From positions 641,266 through 705,265 of the forward strand of contig CAJFVJ010000001.1 in NCBI GenBank assembly GCA_904420445.1: a stretch of 64,000 nucleotides of DNA, in the 5' to 3' direction. Source of the stretch: Candidatus Adamsella avium. Its GTDB lineage: Bacteria; Cyanobacteriota; Vampirovibrionia; Gastranaerophilales; CAJFVJ01. Position numbers and translations under genes: made by a program. Shown one piece after another: positions 46,310-55,523 of this stretch. The notes beneath the pieces were generated by a model. That model was given only the letters and a program-made list of their open reading frames with translations. It was not told the DNA's origin and ran no database searches. Every line of letters starts with the position of its first letter. The first letter of the stretch is position 1.

Positions 46310-48066
46310 ACGGGGATTTTGGCTGTAACCGGCGTGTAAAGAGTGAAAGTCGTACCATCTCCCTCTTTGCTTTGCACTTCTATTTTGCCGCCATGGAGTT
46401 CTGCTATTTTCTTTGAGATATAGAGCCCTAGTCCTGTTCCGACTGCTCTGAATTTGTCGTTGTAACTTACGTATTTATCAAATATATAAGGAAGTTTTTC
46501 TTCTGATATTCCAACTCCTGTGTCTATAATTTGAATTTTTGCGAAGTTATCTTTATCAAGAGAGGTTTTAATTGTTATTGTGCTGTTATGCGGGCTTGAT
46601 TTTATGGCATTAATTGTGATATTTGAAATTACTCTTTTATATTCAGAGGGGTCAACTTCTGCGATGATAGGAGCTTCTTCAAAGAGTGTTGATATGATTT
46701 GATTTTTCTCATCTGCAATTATCTTTAGCTCGTTGCAGCAGGTCTTTATAAGTTCATTCAGGTTTATAGGTTCTTTTTTCAGAGATATTTCTCCGTTTTC
46801 ATACTTGTATTTTGTCAGGAGAGAATCAATCATTGAGAACATATAATTTGATGAGCGAAGTATTTCTGAGATAAGCTCTCTTTGTTCATGTGAGATTTCT
46901 CCGAATTTGTTGTCCAATAAAAGTTCCATTGCTCTGATTTCTGCTCGTACCGGAGTTTTGAGGTCATGAGTCAGTGTTGCGATAAATGTTTCTTTTTGTT
47001 TTTCCATTTCTCTTTCTTTTGTTACATCTCTCAAAACAATTATGTAACCCTCTGTTTCGTCTTTTGAGTTTTTGAAAGCTGCCCCCTTCATTGAAAGAGT
47101 CATAAATTTTTCTTTGAGTTCTATATCTGATGATGGTATTTCATCAAGATATTGGTGATGAGGCGACAGGGGATTTTTGATTATATCCCAGAGAATTTTG
47201 TCTTTGAGAAATTCTTCTTCTTTTCCTAACCATTTGCAGAATATATCGCTGCAGGATTTTATTCTGAAATCTAAATCAACAGCGATAATAGCATCAGTAC
47301 TGTAAGTATAAATTTTCTCGAGCAGGTTGTTTTTCTCTCTAAGTTTGTCCTGCAGCTCTTTTGTTCTGATTGTATTTCTGACTTTTGCCTGAAGTTCATC
47401 AATGTTGAAAGGTTTTGTTATGTAATCATAGGAGCCTGAGTCAAGACCTTTGACGATATTTTTTGTTGTATTCAGCGCACTGACAAAAATAATCGGAATA
47501 TGGCAGAGGTGTTTATTGCTTTTTATGAGTTTAATGACATCATATCCGCTCATGCCCGGCATCATGATATCAAGGAGAATCAGGTCATAATCTTTTTCTT
47601 CAAGAGCAGGGAGAACATCAGTCCCTTTATCAAGGCAGTTTACGCTACATCCTATTTGTTCGCAGGCTTCTTTCATCAGTTCTGCATTCATCGGATTGTC
47701 ATCAACGACGAGGATGTTTGTTATTTTTTGTTTTTTGATGTTGTCTTTTATTGCCTTTATCAATTCGGTGTAGTTTACGGTTTTTTGTATAAGACAGTCA
47801 AATTCATGTTCTTCTGTATCGCTTATTGCAAGAGTCGGAATATTTTTCAGATTTGGAGCAGTTTTCAGAAAATTCAAAATATCTTTTGATGAGATGTTAT
47901 TCGCAGTTAAATCAAAAATTATCAGATTGAAGGCAAAATTGCTCAGCATATCCATTGTTTTGTAAGTTGTATCTGATGAGAATATTTCATAGGTATCAGA
48001 TGGCAGCATTTGCCTTATGATTTTTGAGTATTCTTCTTTTTCTTCCGTTATTAGTATTTTGTACAT
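46306..48066 (-). CDS. Hybrid sensor kinase: two N-terminal receiver domains, PAS-like region, HisKA/HATPase
   Basis: REC2 reads ILVVDDNPMN...LILLDIMMPGMSGY. The H-box is ATLTHDLKTPV. ATP-binding motifs are NAIKSSP, DTGVGI and GTGLGLYISK. Confidence 0.85.
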   Translation of the reverse strand: MYKILITEEKEEYSKIIRQMLPSDTYEIFSSDTTYKTMDMLSNFAFNLIIFDLTANNISSKDILNFLKTAPNLKNIPTLAISDTEEHEFDCLIQKTVNYTELIKAIKDNIKKQKITNILVVDDNPMNAELMKEACEQIGCSVNCLDKGTDVLPALEEKDYDLILLDIMMPGMSGYDVIKLIKSNKHLCHIPIIFVSALNTTKNIVKGLDSGSYDYITKPFNIDELQAKVRNTIRTKELQDKLREKNNLLEKIYTYSTDAIIAVDLDFRIKSCSDIFCKWLGKEEEFLKDKILWDIIKNPLSPHHQYLDEIPSSDIELKEKFMTLSMKGAAFKNSKDETEGYIIVLRDVTKEREMEKQKETFIATLTHDLKTPVRAEIRAMELLLDNKFGEISHEQRELISEILRSSNYMFSMIDSLLTKYKYENGEISLKKEPINLNELIKTCCNELKIIADEKNQIISTLFEEAPIIAEVDPSEYKRVISNITINAIKSSPHNSTITIKTSLDKDNFAKIQIIDTGVGISEEKLPYIFDKYVSYNDKFRAVGTGLGLYISKKIAELHGGKIEVQSKEGDGTTFTLYTPVTAKIPV

Positions 48067-48168
48067 ACAAACTCAACCCCTCTTTTAATCTTTTTCTTTG
48101 CTGTTCGTTTGAATATAATAATAACTGCGGCTAAGACAAAAGCATATTAGACACCCGGGTATATTTTT

Positions 48169-48996
48169 TTAATCTTTCATACCATCTATAATCATGCTTT
48201 TTATTAAAAATTTTTGACCTAAAAGAAACACTGCTATAACAGGAATGACGGATATTACGGCGCAGGTCATAAGCTGACCCCACTGTGTTTCTTCTACAAA
48301 ATTTCCTTTAAATGCAGCTATCCCCACAGGGAGCGTTCTCATTGCATCAGAACCGGTTACGATAAGCGGCCACATAAAACTGTTCCAGGTATTAATAAAT
48401 GTAAATATCCCGAGCGTTGCAACAGCAGGCATGGCGAGGGGGAGAATAATTTGAAAGAACGTTCTCATATATCCGCAGCCGTCAATTTTTGCTGATTCTT
48501 CGAGTTCATAAGGCATACTTTTGAACCACTGTCTAAGCAAGAAAACTCCGAAACCACCGAATAACCCGGGGACGATAAGCGCCTGATAGGTGTCTATCCA
48601 GTGCAGCTTGCTCATCATGAAGAACAGCGGAATAATATTTACCTGAGGAGGTATCATCATCGTAGCGAGGATTATGAAAAACAGAGTGTCCCGAAAAGGA
48701 AACTTCATTCTTGAAAATCCGTATGCTGCCATCGCTGATATGATTATTTGACCTGCTGTTGTCAGTGTTGCAACAAACAGGCTGTTGAGAAAATATTTTG
48801 CAAGAGGAATTCTTGTGAACACATGCGTGTAGTTATCGATTATAAACGGCTGAGGAAGCAGGGTGATTTTATCAGCAAAAATCTGGTTCAAACTCATGAA
48901 AGATGTAGACACCATCCAGAGAAACGGAAAAATCATGCTGAATGCGCCGAGTGTCAAGGCAGTGTATCCAAAGAAAACAAAAAATTTTTTATTCAT
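48169..48996 (-). CDS. Carbohydrate ABC transporter permease (MalG-like)
   Basis: The EAA loop reads MPYELEESAKIDGCGYMRTFFQIILPL. Confidence 0.85.
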   Translation of the reverse strand: MNKKFFVFFGYTALTLGAFSMIFPFLWMVSTSFMSLNQIFADKITLLPQPFIIDNYTHVFTRIPLAKYFLNSLFVATLTTAGQIIISAMAAYGFSRMKFPFRDTLFFIILATMMIPPQVNIIPLFFMMSKLHWIDTYQALIVPGLFGGFGVFLLRQWFKSMPYELEESAKIDGCGYMRTFFQIILPLAMPAVATLGIFTFINTWNSFMWPLIVTGSDAMRTLPVGIAAFKGNFVEETQWGQLMTCAVISVIPVIAVFLLGQKFLIKSMIIDGMKD

Positions 48997-49870
48997 TGTG
49001 TACCCACTTCTTTCTGAGCTTCCACTGAATAAAACTTAAGAGCAGTATTATCAGGAACAGGACATAAGCGATAGCTGATGCTTCACCTGCTTTGAAGTAT
49101 TCAAATGCATTTTTGTATAACCAGAACACGAGAACGTTTGTCGAATTTTCAGGACCGCCGTTTGTCATGAGATAAATCAGGTCAAAAATCTGGAAGGATG
49201 AAATCATCGTAATCAGCATTACAAAAAACAACATAGGGGATATCATTGGAAGAGTTATTTTGAAGAAAGTTTTGATTTCTCCTGCTCCGTCCAACTTTGA
49301 GGCTTCATACAAACTTGAGGGGACTCCCTGCAAGCCTGTCAAAATCAAAATCATATTGTATCCGATGTTTTTCCATATACTGACGAGAATCAGTGAATAC
49401 ATAGCGAGATTAGGGTTATACAACCAGTCTGTCTGCGAGTGTAAAATCAGCTGGTTGACTATACCTCTTTGCGGGTCAAGAATCCACTCCCAGACAATTG
49501 CTATAATAACCATAGGAGTAATATATGGGAGAAAGTACATTGTTTTGAAAACCTCGGCTCCCTTGATTTTCTTATCGATAATTACGGCGAGAAGAAGCGG
49601 GATTATGACTCCGAAGATGCTTATGGAAAGGGAATAAAAAAGCGTGTTGAACAGTACTTTATAAAACAGCGGGTCGCTCAGGATATTTGTATAATTTTTT
49701 AGTCCGCAGAAAGTCGGAGAAGATAGCAGATTCCATTTTGTGAAACTCAGCAAAAAAGAGAATATTGACGGGAGTACTATAAAAATCAGCGTTCCGAGAA
49801 AAGCTGGGGCAACGAAGATGAGTCCTGCCGTTTTTTCTTTTGAAAATAATTTATCAATAAACTTAAACAA
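48989..49870 (-). CDS. Carbohydrate ABC transporter permease (MalF-like)
   Basis: The EAA loop reads VPSSLYEASKLDGAGEIKTFFKITLPM. The gene overlaps the downstream permease by 8 nt. Confidence 0.85.
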   Translation of the reverse strand: MFKFIDKLFSKEKTAGLIFVAPAFLGTLIFIVLPSIFSFLLSFTKWNLLSSPTFCGLKNYTNILSDPLFYKVLFNTLFYSLSISIFGVIIPLLLAVIIDKKIKGAEVFKTMYFLPYITPMVIIAIVWEWILDPQRGIVNQLILHSQTDWLYNPNLAMYSLILVSIWKNIGYNMILILTGLQGVPSSLYEASKLDGAGEIKTFFKITLPMISPMLFFVMLITMISSFQIFDLIYLMTNGGPENSTNVLVFWLYKNAFEYFKAGEASAIAYVLFLIILLLSFIQWKLRKKWVHNE

Positions 49871-49944
49871 TTTATACTTATACCCGTCTTTATGCTATTT
49901 TATTTATATATTATTTTTGGGCAATAATAAAGGGATTTTTCAAA

Positions 49945-51441
49945 ATGAATGACAAAATAAAAGAAGAAGCTTTCGGAAAGAATGATATAAGAGGTATTTT
50001 CGGGGATACTGTTACTCCCACGCTGTTTTATTTTACAGCAAAAGCATATGTAAAATATGCCTGCGAGCAAACAGGAAAGAATGCAAAAGATATATGGGTT
50101 ACTGTTGTAAGAGATGCAAGACATTCATCAGAAGACCTTGCAAAAGCATTAATAAAAGGTCTTACAACAGCAGGGGCAAATGTTGTTGATTTAGGGCTTG
50201 CTCCTACACCGATAGGGTATTATTCAGAGTTCGCTTCTCTTGATTTCAATTTGCCCAAAAAAGTTGATATAACAGGAACGCTGATTGTGACTGCAAGTCA
50301 TAATCCTCCTGAATATAACGGGTTAAAGATGACCTTCAATAAAGCTTCCATGAATGAAGCTCAGATACAGGAGATAAAAAAACTTACTCTTGAGATAGCA
50401 AACCAGCCCGATAAAAATGCTTTTTGCTACGGTCTGACAAGAAAGGCTGATATTATCCCCCAATATATAGAAAATATGACGAAGTCTTTTGCCAAAATCG
50501 GTACTGGCTTGAAAGTTGTTGTTGACAGTGCAAATGCAACAGGCGGTCTTGTCGGGCCTGAACTTTATCGAGAGCTCGGATGCGATGTTGTTGAGATGTA
50601 TTCTGAACCTGACGGAGATTTCCCTCACCACCATCCGAATCCATCGGATGAGAGCACTCTTGATGATATCAAAGCAAAAGTTGTTGAAACAAATGCTGAT
50701 TTCGGGATAGCTTTTGACGGAGATTCTGATCGTATCGGAGTTGTTGATGATAAGGGGAGAGCAATACCCGGAGATAAACTTTTGTTGATATTTGCTCTTG
50801 ATGTAATAGAACCTTTCAAACTCAGAGGCGAGGTCGCAACATTTGTATCTGAAGTGAAATGTTCTCAGATTATGTATGACACGATTAATGCAAGCGGCGG
50901 GCGTGCGATTATGTGGAAAACTGGTCACGGGTTCATCAAATCGAAAATGAAAGAAGAAAATGCCGTGCTGGCAGGAGAGATGAGCGGGCATATCTTCTTC
51001 AAAGACAGATATTACGGGTTTGATGATGCAGTATATGCAGGATGCCGCTTTATAGAGATTGTTGCAAAACACAAAAAAGACAATCCGGAGTTCAAAATTT
51101 CAGAATTTATAGATTCTCTCCCATGGGCGAGCGCTTCAAAAGAAGTGAGATACAAATGTCCTAATGAGTTTAAGATGATTATTCTGACAGAGTTAGCTGA
51201 ATTATTTGAAAAAGATAAGAATGTCTTTTGCAATCCGATTAAGGATATAATAACTATCGACGGGCTGCGTCTTGTGTTCCCTGACGGGTTTGCGCTTATC
51301 AGAGCGAGCAACACGGAACCTGTATTTACGATGAGGTTTGAAGCAAAGACTGAGGAAAATTCAAAGAAATACAAGGATAAGATGTTAGAGTTAGTTGATG
51401 GAATGCTTGAAAAACTTCAGGTAGGAAATGTAAAAAATTAA
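49945..51441 (+). CDS. Phosphomannomutase/phosphoglucomutase (alpha-D-phosphohexomutase family)
   Basis: The active-site loop is TASHNPPEYNGLK, the metal loop is FDGDSDR, and GEMSGH is present. Confidence 0.88.
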   Translation: MNDKIKEEAFGKNDIRGIFGDTVTPTLFYFTAKAYVKYACEQTGKNAKDIWVTVVRDARHSSEDLAKALIKGLTTAGANVVDLGLAPTPIGYYSEFASLDFNLPKKVDITGTLIVTASHNPPEYNGLKMTFNKASMNEAQIQEIKKLTLEIANQPDKNAFCYGLTRKADIIPQYIENMTKSFAKIGTGLKVVVDSANATGGLVGPELYRELGCDVVEMYSEPDGDFPHHHPNPSDESTLDDIKAKVVETNADFGIAFDGDSDRIGVVDDKGRAIPGDKLLLIFALDVIEPFKLRGEVATFVSEVKCSQIMYDTINASGGRAIMWKTGHGFIKSKMKEENAVLAGEMSGHIFFKDRYYGFDDAVYAGCRFIEIVAKHKKDNPEFKISEFIDSLPWASASKEVRYKCPNEFKMIILTELAELFEKDKNVFCNPIKDIITIDGLRLVFPDGFALIRASNTEPVFTMRFEAKTEENSKKYKDKMLELVDGMLEKLQVGNVKN

Positions 51442-51453
51442 AGGTAGATAGAG

Positions 51454-52476
51454 ATGAGCAATCAAAAATCAGCATTAACCATAATAATTATATGTATATT
51501 ATGTTTGTTGGTCGGTATTTTGACAAATATAACAATGAGTATAAAAAAGGATGAAGCGAACTCAAACGCCCGTCCTCCGAAATCAAAATCGGCAGTATTT
51601 TCTTATTCCGCAAATAAAATAGCAATGATAACACTGAGCGGGGCTATTGACTCTGATTATGAACAAAGCGGGTATTTCGGGAACAAGGCTTATTCAGCAG
51701 AGAGCGTAAGAAGACTTCTGAAAAAAGCATACAGCGATGATTCCGTAAAAGGTGTCCTTTTGAGAATAAATTCTCCCGGGGGTACTGTCGGGATGTCGCA
51801 GGAAATTTATTCTCTGATTATGAAGATGAGAAAGAAAAAACCCGTTGTTGTTTCGATGGGGGATGTCGCTGCAAGCGGGGGGTATTATATCTCAAGTGCA
51901 GCTGACAGGATTTATGCTTACCCGGGGACAATTACTGGCAGCATCGGTGTAATCTTCAGCTCGTATGATGCAAATGAATTGTTTACAAAAAAACTAGGAA
52001 TAAAAGCTTCTCCGATAAAAAGCGGTAAATATAAGGATATCGGCTCTATGTACCGTCCGATGACAAAGGAAGAAAGAGAGCTTTTGCAGAGAACGATAAA
52101 TATTTCTTATGAGCAGTTTTTATCTGATATCACAAAGGGGCGTATTTATAGACAGGATAAATATAAAGCTCCCAAGAGATATTTATCCTCAAGAGATTTG
52201 AGAAAATATGCCGACGGACGTATTTTTACGGGAGAAGAAGCAAGAGATTTAGGTTTTGTTGATGCTCTAGGCGGACTTGAAGATGCCCATGGCGCTTTCA
52301 AACAAATTCTCGGGAAAGAATATCCTTTGATAAACTACAGCAAGCCATCGAATTTCTCATCCATATTCTCTTCCATGTCAGAGGCTTTTATGGATAAAAA
52401 GACGGGAGTTTCTTATGAGCAATATCTGCCATTTGGCGTAAGCCATCGTAACCAGATTTTGTATATGTGGGAGTAA
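51454..52476 (+). CDS. sppA: Signal peptide peptidase SppA (36K type)
   Basis: INSPGGTVGMSQEIY, MGDVAASGGYYIS and TGSIGV match SppA, with an N-terminal TM helix. Confidence 0.85.
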   Translation: MSNQKSALTIIIICILCLLVGILTNITMSIKKDEANSNARPPKSKSAVFSYSANKIAMITLSGAIDSDYEQSGYFGNKAYSAESVRRLLKKAYSDDSVKGVLLRINSPGGTVGMSQEIYSLIMKMRKKKPVVVSMGDVAASGGYYISSAADRIYAYPGTITGSIGVIFSSYDANELFTKKLGIKASPIKSGKYKDIGSMYRPMTKEERELLQRTINISYEQFLSDITKGRIYRQDKYKAPKRYLSSRDLRKYADGRIFTGEEARDLGFVDALGGLEDAHGAFKQILGKEYPLINYSKPSNFSSIFSSMSEAFMDKKTGVSYEQYLPFGVSHRNQILYMWE

Positions 52477-52479
52477 GAT

Positions 52480-53040
52480 ATGCTTTCTGATTTTTTGAAT
52501 AACATATACGGTATGCTGTTTGAGCCTGGAAAAACCATTGAGAAACTCAGTGAAAAACCTCAGGTTTTTCAAAGTGTGCTTTTAATGATTTTTATTTCAT
52601 TTTTCTTGAGCATTTTATTTTTCGGGGTGGGGAAGAATATATTCCTGTTTTTGTTCTTCTCTATCTGGATATGTTTCTCATCTGTAGTCTGGTGGATGCT
52701 TTTGGCTGCGTTTTATGAACTTGTTGCAAACATCTTTGTGCAAAAGAGCAAATACAAGTCTGTTTTATGTCTTTTGTCTTTCTGTTTGCTGCCGTGGATA
52801 TTTATGGCTCCGCTTGAACTCCTGAAAAATGCAGGTGTCTGCGGGTCGTTCATCGGAATATACGGCGAGCTTGCGCTGTGGATATGGACAGGCGTGTTGA
52901 TGTTTTTCAGCCTCAAAAAAGTTTATGAACTGAAAGCTTTGAGAGCATTTTTGTTTTTGATTCTGCCGTTTATTGCAGGGTTTATTTCTCTGAATTTGTT
53001 TATATCTTTTATTGTGAATGTTGTGAAGATATTTTCATAG
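52480..53040 (+). CDS. Multi-pass membrane protein (Yip1-like topology)
   Basis: The 186-aa protein has about five hydrophobic helices and starts 3 nt after sppA. The family assignment is tentative. Confidence 0.5.
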   Translation: MLSDFLNNIYGMLFEPGKTIEKLSEKPQVFQSVLLMIFISFFLSILFFGVGKNIFLFLFFSIWICFSSVVWWMLLAAFYELVANIFVQKSKYKSVLCLLSFCLLPWIFMAPLELLKNAGVCGSFIGIYGELALWIWTGVLMFFSLKKVYELKALRAFLFLILPFIAGFISLNLFISFIVNVVKIFS

Positions 53041-53054
53041 GAAGTCTTGAGAGC

Positions 53055-53089
53055 AAAAAGCGGGCAGCAATTTGCTGCCTGCTTTTTTG
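53055..53089. terminator. Bidirectional terminator
   Basis: aaaaagcgggcagcaa-tt-tgctgcctgctttttt. Confidence 0.65.
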
Positions 53090-53094
53090 TTATG

Positions 53095-53886
53095 TTATTT
53101 CAACAGCTCAGGGAATTTGTTTTTTATTGTGTTGAGAGGAGCTGTTTGATTTTGATTTTCAGCAATAAAACGAGCTGTATAAACAGGTGTTTTGCCGTCC
53201 TTTCTTTGTAATGTTAAGGCTTTTTTTGTTGCTTCGGGGTATTGTTCGCAAAAGTATTCAAACAAACCTGACTCCGGGAGAAAATATATGGCTGCAGAAA
53301 CAGGTGTATTCCCAAGTTCATCCTGTATAGTCAGAGTCTTTTCTATGGTATCCGGAAATTTTTCGGTTAGCATATCGATAGCATCGGTATTACGGCTGTT
53401 CATAATAAGAATTTGAACCGGAGTGCGCCCTTGTTTATTTTGCATGGTCAGAGTTTCTTTTACTGCTTCAGGGAAGTTTTCTGCAAGCAGTTCGAGTCCT
53501 TTGCTTCTATCTGCAACACGGGCTGCAATATGAACGGGTGTTTCTTTGAAGTCATCTTGTATTTTTATGCTTGCTGCGACTTCTTCGGGATTTCTCAGTT
53601 CGATAAGGTCTTTGAGAGTGCCTTTATAGAAAGAGTTTATTCTATCGTTGTTTTCAGCAAGTGCATGAGTGATTGTCATTCCGCCTGCTCTTGCTGTAAG
53701 CGGAAGTTTTTCGAGCATTGTTTGAGAGCCGAAAGATATATTTGCAAAACTCTGCAGGTTTTCTAAAGATGGTTTTGCAAGCTGTATTTTAGCTTCAACA
53801 GGAGTTGATACTTGAGATGAGCCGTTTGTTTTTTTATTGTTTTGAGAGGGATGAATTCCTTTGAAGTTTACTTTTGAGATGTTCAT
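53095..53886 (-). CDS. Ankyrin-like repeat protein (about 39-41-aa period)
   Basis: The unit (F/Y)P(E/D)...K.L(T).Q...G.TPV is repeated: FPEAVKETLTMQNKQGRTPV, FPDTIEKTLTIQDELGNTPV and YPEATKKALTLQRKDGKTPV. Confidence 0.6.
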   Translation of the reverse strand: MNISKVNFKGIHPSQNNKKTNGSSQVSTPVEAKIQLAKPSLENLQSFANISFGSQTMLEKLPLTARAGGMTITHALAENNDRINSFYKGTLKDLIELRNPEEVAASIKIQDDFKETPVHIAARVADRSKGLELLAENFPEAVKETLTMQNKQGRTPVQILIMNSRNTDAIDMLTEKFPDTIEKTLTIQDELGNTPVSAAIYFLPESGLFEYFCEQYPEATKKALTLQRKDGKTPVYTARFIAENQNQTAPLNTIKNKFPELLK

Positions 53887-53990
53887 ACTCTATTCCTTTC
53901 TTTCATATATAGCAGACAAGTTGTATGAAGGAAGAAAAGTGTTAGTTTTGATTTTTGTGTTTAATAAAAATTCATAATATGTTTAGAAGG

Positions 53991-54953
53991 TTAAATCAGG
54001 TTTATTTTATGCATTGCCTCTGCGAGTATTCGCATTTGTTCATATGTTTTTGCCTGCATCAGTGCTATGTGTCCATTGTTGTCTTTTTGTGTAAGCATAG
54101 TTTTGAGAATATCCTCATCAGGTGCAGCGTCAAGTAGAGTTTGTACTTTTTCCGTTTTGTTATCCTGTACTGCCAGCATTAGCGCTGTTCTGCCCATTAA
54201 TTTATCCTGTTGTGTAAGCATAGTTTTGAGAATATCCTCATCAGGTGTAGCGTTAAGTAAAGTTTGTACTTTTTCCGTTTTGTTATTCTGCACTGCCAGC
54301 ATTAGCGCTGTTCTGCCCATTAATTTATCCTGTTGTGTAAGCATAGTTTTGAGAGTATCCTCATCAGGTGCAGCGTCAATAATGGTTTGTGTCAGTTCTG
54401 GTGTGCCTGCCAGCATCAGCGCTGTACGTTCGTCTTCATCCTGTTGTGTAAGCATGGTCTTGAGAGTATCATTATCAGGCGCAGCATCAATGAGAGCTTG
54501 TGCTTTTTCGGGTGTTTTTGCCTGTGAAAGAGCTGTTTTTTCCGTCCAATAGTTATTCTGGGTAAGCATTTTTCTGAGAAATTCTTCTCCACCGTAATGC
54601 TTGCCTGCCTCAAGAAGAGCGTTTGTTATTTCTGGTGTTTCAGCCATCATCAGCGGTGTGTCTCCGTATCCATCAAATTGAGTAAGCATGATTTTTGGAA
54701 CTTCATCTCCGTAATGTTTGCCAGCCTCAAGAAGATAGTTTATCAGCTCAGGTGTTTTTGCTCTCATCAAAAGTGTAGACTGCCCTCTATTATCGTCTCT
54801 ATAAATAAGACATCCCAAGGAGGGAATTTCTGAATTATTACCGAAAGAAACAGTGTCATAAGCGAGAGGTTTCAACATTGGGGTTTGAGGTTTTGTTTGA
54901 GAAGTTGCACGATAAGCCGCAAAATTCGGGATATTTATAGAGTTAATAATCAT
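53991..54953 (-). CDS. Ankyrin-like repeat protein, paralog of the previous gene, about 7 repeats
   Basis: The unit PD(E/N)D.LKTMLTQQD....RTALMLA is repeated, and two units are near-identical at the DNA level. Confidence 0.65.
   Translation of the reverse strand: MIINSINIPNFAAYRATSQTKPQTPMLKPLAYDTVSFGNNSEIPSLGCLIYRDDNRGQSTLLMRAKTPELINYLLEAGKHYGDEVPKIMLTQFDGYGDTPLMMAETPEITNALLEAGKHYGGEEFLRKMLTQNNYWTEKTALSQAKTPEKAQALIDAAPDNDTLKTMLTQQDEDERTALMLAGTPELTQTIIDAAPDEDTLKTMLTQQDKLMGRTALMLAVQNNKTEKVQTLLNATPDEDILKTMLTQQDKLMGRTALMLAVQDNKTEKVQTLLDAAPDEDILKTMLTQKDNNGHIALMQAKTYEQMRILAEAMHKINLI
54088..54380. repeat. Intragenic tandem repeat, 123-bp period
   Basis: 54088-54210 and 54211-54333 differ at 5 of 123 positions (by-eye alignment). 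A third, more diverged copy follows. Confidence 0.8.
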
Positions 54954-55059
54954 ATTTTATCCTTTCACTTTTTTAATATGGTTTGATTATATAAAACGAG
55001 AGAAGGAAATAGTTTGATATTATATTAATAAAAGTTTGCAATGAAGGAAAATCATAAAA

Positions 55060-55470
55060 AGCAGCAGACTCTTCGCTTGCGCTCGGAGTGACCGTTCCAG
55101 TCATTCTGCAAACTGTTTGGCGTTGAGGCAAAGCCGAAACGGAATAAACAGAGTCCTCGAAGAGGCAGCCCGCACCCTCAGGGGGTCCTCATATGTACGG
55201 CTAACGCCTACATCTGAGGCAAGAATTTCTTACACCTCTCCACCTCTTGTCACCCTGAGTGCAACGAAGGGTCTTTTGTACACAAAGATATTTCGCTTCG
55301 CTCAATATGACGCCTTCCCTCCCGTCATTCTGAGGCGAAGCCGAAGAATCTCTTACGCTCCAACAACAAACAGAGTCCTTGAAGAGGAAGCCCGCACCCT
55401 GAAAGACTCTTCGCTTGCGCTCAGAGTGACTGTTCAGGTCATCCTGAGCCTGAAAGGCAAGAATCTCAAA
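55060..55470. repeat. Dense cluster of the GTCAYYCTGAG..GAAGRATCT repeat family in both orientations, plus two ~40-nt direct duplications
   Basis: At least 7-8 motif copies are present, for example cgtcattctgaggcgaagccgaagaatctc at 55323-55352 and gactcttcgcttgcgctc(g/a)gagtgac at 55068 and 55405. The direct repeats are aaacagagtcct(c/t)gaagagg(c/a)agcccgcaccct at 55146 and 55367. Confidence 0.7.
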
Positions 55471-55493
55471 CAATGCCTCAAAATAAAAAAAAA

Positions 55494-55523
55494 CCGACCT
55501 TTTTGTGGTCGGTGTGAAGTCTT
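55494..55523 (-). terminator. Hairpin preceded by an A-run (terminator-like on the minus strand)
   Basis: aaaaaaaaaccgacc-tttttgt-ggtcggt. No obvious upstream minus-strand gene ends here. Confidence 0.4.

Noticed and set aside
50323-51072. 249-aa minus-strand ORF inside the phosphohexomutase gene
   Set aside because: It is antisense to a gene with unambiguous family motifs (TASHNPPEYNGLK, FDGDSDR), and its translation is Cys/Ile/Phe-rich nonsense.
54067-54552. 161-aa plus-strand ORF with an S/C/V-rich repeated sequence
   Set aside because: It is the antisense read-through of the ankyrin-like tandem repeats. Its periodicity is inherited from the minus-strand gene.
55060-55470. Possible CRISPR array
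   Set aside because: The repeat copies occur in both orientations, with irregular spacing and variable sequence. There are no unique spacers of constant length and no cas genes in the window.
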